This document shows positions 60,072-64,000 of a DNA stretch of 64,000 bases, piece by piece. The notes below the pieces were generated by a model. The model made no database searches, had not been told where the DNA came from, and saw only the letters and a program-made list of their open reading frames with translations. The stretch covers positions 714 through 64,713 of the forward strand of contig JADCDI010000040.1 of NCBI GenBank assembly GCA_020251025.1. Direction: 5' to 3'. The position numbers and the translations under genes were made by a program. Each line of letters starts with the position of its first letter. Within the stretch, counting starts at the first letter, position 1. Origin of the DNA: Rhodobacter sp. Lineage in GTDB: Bacteria > Pseudomonadota > Alphaproteobacteria > Rhodobacterales > Rhodobacteraceae.

Positions 60072-60398
60072 ATGACGAGTGATCTGCCTTCGGACGAGCC
60101 GCCGCCCGTCGATCTTCTGGCAGCGACAGAGGATCTGTACCGGCAGGCGGCGGAAGATCTGGTTCAGGCGCAGCGAAAGCTTCGGCAGGGTTCGGTGGAC
60201 GAGGTCAAGGCCGCAACACAGGCGGTGAAAGACCTTAAGGCCGCCTTCCAGTTGGTGATGGATGAAAGGACGCGCATTGAAAAACTCCGCAAGCAGGTTG
60301 CCGGGGTCGTCCGCGATTACGCGATCGACTTCGACGCGGCGCGAGCTGAGATCGGGCGCCGCCTGGCTTGCCTCCGCGACGCCGGAGGCGGTGGTTGA
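60072..60398 (+). CDS. GTA g1-like protein (small-terminase-like)
   Basis: 108-aa coiled-coil-rich ORF immediately upstream of, and overlapping, the terminase gene. Internal ATG 60072 of ORF 59943..60398. Confidence 0.6.
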   Translation: MTSDLPSDEPPPVDLLAATEDLYRQAAEDLVQAQRKLRQGSVDEVKAATQAVKDLKAAFQLVMDERTRIEKLRKQVAGVVRDYAIDFDAARAEIGRRLACLRDAGGGG

Positions 60399-61689
60399 AT
60401 TCCTGGGCGGGCTGGACGACAACGCGCTGCTTGCCTTGCCCTGGATGTTCGAATTCTGGGCCTTTCCGCATCAGCTGCCGCCCGATGGGGCCTGGAAGAC
60501 CTGGGTCGTCATGGGCGGGCGCGGGGCGGGAAAGACACGGGCGGGGGCAGAGTGGGTCCGCGCGGAAGTCGAGGGGTCAAGGCCGACGGATGTCGGCCGG
60601 GCAAGGCGGGTGGCACTGGTCGGCGAGACGGTGGACCAGGTGCGCGAGGTGATGATCTTTGGCGACAGCGGCATCCTGGCCTGTTCGCCGCCCGACCGCC
60701 GCCCGGAGTGGGAAGCCACCCGCAGGCGGCTGGTCTGGCCCAACGGTGCGGTGGCGCAGGTGTATTCTGCGCATGATCCCGACAGTCTGCGCGGACCGCA
60801 GTTCGATGCGGCCTGGGTGGACGAGCTGGCGAAGTGGAAGAAGGCGGGAGAGACCTGGGACATGCTGCAGTTCGCGCTGCGGCTGGGGACCAATCCGCGA
60901 CAGGTCGTCACCACAACGCCGCGCAATGTCGAGGTGCTGAAGGCGGTGCTGAAGAATCCATCCACCGTTCTGACACATGCGCCGACCGAGGCGAACCGGG
61001 CCTATCTGGCCGCAAGTTTTCTGGAGGAAATCCGCAGCCGCTATTGCGGGACATGGATGGGGCGGCAAGAGCTGGACGGCATCTTGCTGGAAGAGGTCGA
61101 CGGCGCGCTGTGGACGGCGGCACAGCTTGAGGCGCTGCGCCTGCCGCAGGCACCGCCGCTGGACCGGATCGTGGTGGCGATCGATCCGCCGGTGACCGGA
61201 CACGGCGGATCCGATGCCTGCGGAATCCTTGTGGTGGGCGCGATCACCGAGGGCCCGCCGCAAAACTGGCGCGCGGTGGTTCTGGAGGATGCGAGTGTCC
61301 CGGCGGCAAAGCCGCAGGCCTGGGCACAGGCCGCGATCCAGGCCTTTCACCGGCACCGGGCCGACCGGCTGGTGGCAGAGGTCAACCAGGGTGGTGCGCT
61401 GGTGGAAAGCCTGATCCGCCAGTTTGATGCGCTGATCCCCTATCGGGCGGTGCATGCGGCGCGCGGCAAGGCACAGCGGGCGGAGCCGGTGGCGGCGCTG
61501 TATGAGCAGGGGCGCGTGCGGCACCTGGGCGGGCTGGGCGATCTGGAAGACCAGATGTGCCGCTTTGCGCGGCAGGGATATGCCGGGCCGGGCAGCCCGG
61601 ACCGGGTGGATGCCTTGGTCTGGGCGCTGACCGACCTGATGATCGAACCGGCCCGGTCATGGCAAAGGCCGGGCATCCGGACGCTTTAG
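60262..61689 (+). CDS. GTA/phage terminase large subunit
   Basis: ...LPWMFEFWAFPHQLPP.G.WKTWVVMGGRGAGKTRAGAEWVR (Walker A) ...VALVGET...PQFDAAWVDELAKW... Start uncertain: ATG 60262 overlaps g1 by 137 nt; GTG 60391 overlaps the g1 stop as GTGGTTGA. Confidence 0.85.
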   Translation: MKGRALKNSASRLPGSSAITRSTSTRRELRSGAAWLASATPEAVVEFLGGLDDNALLALPWMFEFWAFPHQLPPDGAWKTWVVMGGRGAGKTRAGAEWVRAEVEGSRPTDVGRARRVALVGETVDQVREVMIFGDSGILACSPPDRRPEWEATRRRLVWPNGAVAQVYSAHDPDSLRGPQFDAAWVDELAKWKKAGETWDMLQFALRLGTNPRQVVTTTPRNVEVLKAVLKNPSTVLTHAPTEANRAYLAASFLEEIRSRYCGTWMGRQELDGILLEEVDGALWTAAQLEALRLPQAPPLDRIVVAIDPPVTGHGGSDACGILVVGAITEGPPQNWRAVVLEDASVPAAKPQAWAQAAIQAFHRHRADRLVAEVNQGGALVESLIRQFDALIPYRAVHAARGKAQRAEPVAALYEQGRVRHLGGLGDLEDQMCRFARQGYAGPGSPDRVDALVWALTDLMIEPARSWQRPGIRTL

Positions 61690-61784
61690 CCGGGCAATCC
61701 CCGACAAACGATCATGCCCAAGGGTATTGGCGGCCGCGCCAGGCCCCGAGGAGGCATGCCCGATGACAGAGGAGCAGTTTCGCC

Positions 61785-62957
61785 ATGAAGTTCGACTTTC
61801 TGAGGCGCGGACGGGGGCAGGTGCCGGAGCACAAGGCCTCGGCCACGGGGGCGCTTGTGACATTCCGCGGGGGCGGACGCGCCGTGTGGAGCCCAAGGGA
61901 CACGGTTTCGCTGACGCGGACCGGATTTCAGAGCAACCCGGTGGCCTTCCGCGCGGTCAAGCTGATTGCCGAAGCCGCCTCTGCCCTGCCGTTGATCCTG
62001 CAGGACCGCAGCCGGCGCTATGAGACGCATCCGGTATTGGAGCTGATCCGGCGTCCGAACGCGGCGCAGGGACGTGCTGACCTGTTTGAGGCGCTGTACG
62101 GGTTCCTGCTGTTGTCGGGCAACGGCTATGTGGAGGCCGTGCGGGGCGATGCGGCCCTGCCGGCGGAGCTGCATGTGCTGCGGCCGGACCGGATGAGCCT
62201 GGTTCCGGGTTCCGACGGCTGGCCGGCCGCCTATGACTATGCGGTCGGCGGGCGCACGCACCGGTTTCCGATGACGGGCGGACCGCCGCCCATCTGTCAC
62301 ATCCGCGCGTTCCATCCGCAGGATGACCATTATGGCTTTTCCCCGCTGCAGGCGGCGGGCGTGGCGGTGGACGTGCACAATTCCGCATCGGCCTGGTCGA
62401 AGGCGCTGCTCGACAACGCCGCCCGGCCATCGGGGGCCATCGTCTATCGGGGTGTGGACGGGCAGGGCAACCTGAGCGCCGATCAGTATGACCGGTTGGT
62501 GAGCGAGATGGAAAGCCATCACCAGGGCGCGCGCAATGCGGGCCGTCCGATGCTGCTGGAAGGGGGGCTGGACTGGAAGCCGATGGGCTTTTCCCCGTCC
62601 GACATGGAGTTCCATCAGACCAAGGAGGCGGCGGCGCGCGAGATTGCGGTGGCCTTTGGCATTCCGCCGATGCTGATGGGGATACCGGGCGAGGCGACCT
62701 ATGCCAATTATCAGGAAGCCCACCGCGCCTTTTACAGGCTCACGGTGCTGCCGCTGGCGGGCAAGGTGACGGCGGCGATTTCGCAGTGGCTGTCCACCTT
62801 TACCGGGGAAGAGGTGGAGCTGCGTCCCGACCCCGATCAGGTGCCCGCGCTGGCCGCTGATCGCGACCAGCAGTGGGCGCGCGTCGGTGCCGCGGATTTC
62901 CTGAGCCCGGCAGAAAAGCGGGCCGCCCTTGGTCTGCCGCCGCTGGCGGAGGGCTGA
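61785..62957 (+). CDS. HK97-family phage portal protein (GTA g3)
   Basis: 390 aa. ...NPVAFRAVKLIAEAAS.LP..L..., ...LL.GNGY.E..., ...MGF.P.DM.F...K...AREIA.AFG.PP.L.G. Confidence 0.9.
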   Translation: MKFDFLRRGRGQVPEHKASATGALVTFRGGGRAVWSPRDTVSLTRTGFQSNPVAFRAVKLIAEAASALPLILQDRSRRYETHPVLELIRRPNAAQGRADLFEALYGFLLLSGNGYVEAVRGDAALPAELHVLRPDRMSLVPGSDGWPAAYDYAVGGRTHRFPMTGGPPPICHIRAFHPQDDHYGFSPLQAAGVAVDVHNSASAWSKALLDNAARPSGAIVYRGVDGQGNLSADQYDRLVSEMESHHQGARNAGRPMLLEGGLDWKPMGFSPSDMEFHQTKEAAAREIAVAFGIPPMLMGIPGEATYANYQEAHRAFYRLTVLPLAGKVTAAISQWLSTFTGEEVELRPDPDQVPALAADRDQQWARVGAADFLSPAEKRAALGLPPLAEG

Positions 62958-62959
62958 GC

Positions 62960-63199
62960 ATGCGGGAAGCAGGTGGCGGATCGCGGTTTCTCTACGAGAG
63001 TTTCGATGCGGCGGCCGCCCGGATCGAGGCGAATGAGCGGGTGGCGCAGGAACGCTGGGCGGCGCTGGAGTTCCGGCTTGGCCAGATCGATGCGGCGCTG
63101 GAGCGGCTGGAAAAGCGCATCTGGGTTGGGGTTTACGGCCTGGCCTGCTTTCTGCTGGCGCAGATGGCAGAGGCCGTGATTGCGGCAGCGATGAGGTAG
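62960..63199 (+). CDS. GTA g3.5-like small protein
   Basis: 79-aa ORF (internal ATG 62960 of ORF 62873..63199) between portal and protease, with a coiled-coil plus a C-terminal hydrophobic helix. The position matches RcGTA g3.5. Confidence 0.55.
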   Translation: MREAGGGSRFLYESFDAAAARIEANERVAQERWAALEFRLGQIDAALERLEKRIWVGVYGLACFLLAQMAEAVIAAAMR

Positions 63200-63206
63200 C
63201 AGCGAC

Positions 63207-63770
63207 ATGGATGAGATGACACAGGCGGGCGCGCCGGAGCGCAAGTTCCACCGTCCCGAGGCCGGGATCACGGTAACGGAGGGATCGCGGGTTGAAGGCT
63301 ATGCCTCGATCTTCGGGCACCGGGATCAGGGGGGGGATGTGGTGGGGCGCGGGGCCTATGCGGCGTCGCTTGCGGCCCTGGCGGCATCGGGCCGGCGCGT
63401 GAAGATGCTTTGGCAGCACGATCCGGCGCAGCCCATCGGGGTATGGGATGAGGTGCGCGAGGATGCGACCGGCCTTTATGTAAAGGGCCGGATCCTGACC
63501 GATGTCGCACGCGGCAGGGAGGCCGCAGCCCTGGTTGCGGCGGGCGCGATTGACGGATTGTCGATCGGTTACCGCACGTTGCGGGCCGAGAGGGATTCCA
63601 GGGGCCAGCGGCTGCTGCAGGAGGTGGACCTTTGGGAAGTGTCACTGGTGACCTTTCCCATGCTGGCCGAAGCGCGGGTTCAGGCCAAGGCCGACCCCGC
63701 CGCAGATGCGGGCTGGATCGGGCTGGCCCGGCTTTTCGAGCAGGCGCACCGCAAACTTGCCGCGCGCTGA
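63207..63770 (+). CDS. HK97-family prohead protease (GTA g4)
   Basis: ...EGYASIFG..D.GGD.V..GAY..SL.......VKMLWQHD...PIG.W.....D..GL.V.G.L........A..L...GA.DGLSIGY.......D......L.EVDLWEVSLVTFP. Confidence 0.9.
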   Translation: MDEMTQAGAPERKFHRPEAGITVTEGSRVEGYASIFGHRDQGGDVVGRGAYAASLAALAASGRRVKMLWQHDPAQPIGVWDEVREDATGLYVKGRILTDVARGREAAALVAAGAIDGLSIGYRTLRAERDSRGQRLLQEVDLWEVSLVTFPMLAEARVQAKADPAADAGWIGLARLFEQAHRKLAAR

Positions 63771-63794
63771 CGCGGCCCAATCAAGGGGGACAAG

Positions 63795-64000
63795 ATGGCA
63801 GAGACCAGTATCCGGTCCGGGGCGCAGGGCCCCGAGACCGCCGGACCGGCCGGGCAGATGACCATAGCTTTGGCGGGTTTTCTGCAGGAATTCGACAGCT
63901 TTCAGGCCGAAGTGACATCTGCGTTACATCAACAGGAAGAGCGACTGACCATGCTTCAAGCCAAGACGATGACCTATGGACGCCCTGTGCTTTCAACTGC
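63795..64000 (+). CDS. HK97-family major capsid protein (GTA g5), 5' partial
   Basis: ATG 63795 with a GGGGGA RBS. The N-terminal scaffold-like segment ...FLQEFDSFQAEVTSALHQQEERLTML is typical of HK97 capsid delta domains. Runs off the window end. Confidence 0.7.
   Translation, partial: MAETSIRSGAQGPETAGPAGQMTIALAGFLQEFDSFQAEVTSALHQQEERLTMLQAKTMTYGRPVLST

Larger units (their letters stand above)
60072..64000 (+). mobile_element. RcGTA-type gene transfer agent structural cluster, 5' part (continues beyond the right edge)
   Basis: Co-directional g1 - terminase large subunit - HK97-type portal - small g3.5-like ORF - HK97 prohead protease - major capsid. This order and spacing are typical of Rhodobacterales GTAs. 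No integrase, repressor or replication genes upstream. Confidence 0.8.

Noticed and set aside
59890-60072. CtrA box upstream of the GTA cluster
   Set aside because: TTAAG (59898) and CTAAG (59913) are present, but the spacing is about 12 nt rather than N7. There is no acceptable full site.

Overview
High-G+C alphaproteobacterial chromosome segment. Gene content looks Rhodobacterales/roseobacter-like: soxBDAG, a dddP-like gene, the ccm heme-lyase genes and an RcGTA-type gene transfer agent cluster. The left edge (1-3355) is a decayed conjugative-element transfer module: a possible ParA remnant, DUF2840, TraF peptidase, DUF736, a lytic transglycosylase and only the 5' third of a DUF3363-type relaxase. 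About 0.5 kb of uninterpretable high-GC DNA follows, then an AT-richer orphan type IV prepilin-like gene (3993-4640), then dusA, a known island-integration hotspot. The middle is mostly housekeeping: TSUP transporter, ccmI-ruvX-DUF1289, soxBDAG, sodB, LOG, a LysM repeat protein, ArsR plus an Atm1-like ABC exporter, yfgM-like/bamB/der, serS, yajC-secDF, ccmABCDG, acnA, an lpxL-like gene, EamA, an isolated fliG, purB, a CDGSH protein, the dddP-like gene, DUF3445, glnBA, nnr, tRNA-Leu(TAG), tig, acpP-fabG-fabD, rpsF-rpsR-rplI and fabF-mltG. The right edge (60072-64000) is the 5' part of a GTA cluster: g1, terminase, portal, g3.5, prohead protease and the capsid start. The most unusual locus is 56117-57327. 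There, seven copies of the octamer TGTTCAAC lie within 190 bp of AT-rich DNA directly upstream of a stand-alone GSU2403-like nucleotidyltransferase-fold gene. This gene sits at the junction of what looks like an inversion of the rps/fab block. All calls come from reading the sequence and ORF translations; no database searches were run. Long ORFs antisense to real genes are treated as GC-rich shadow ORFs.
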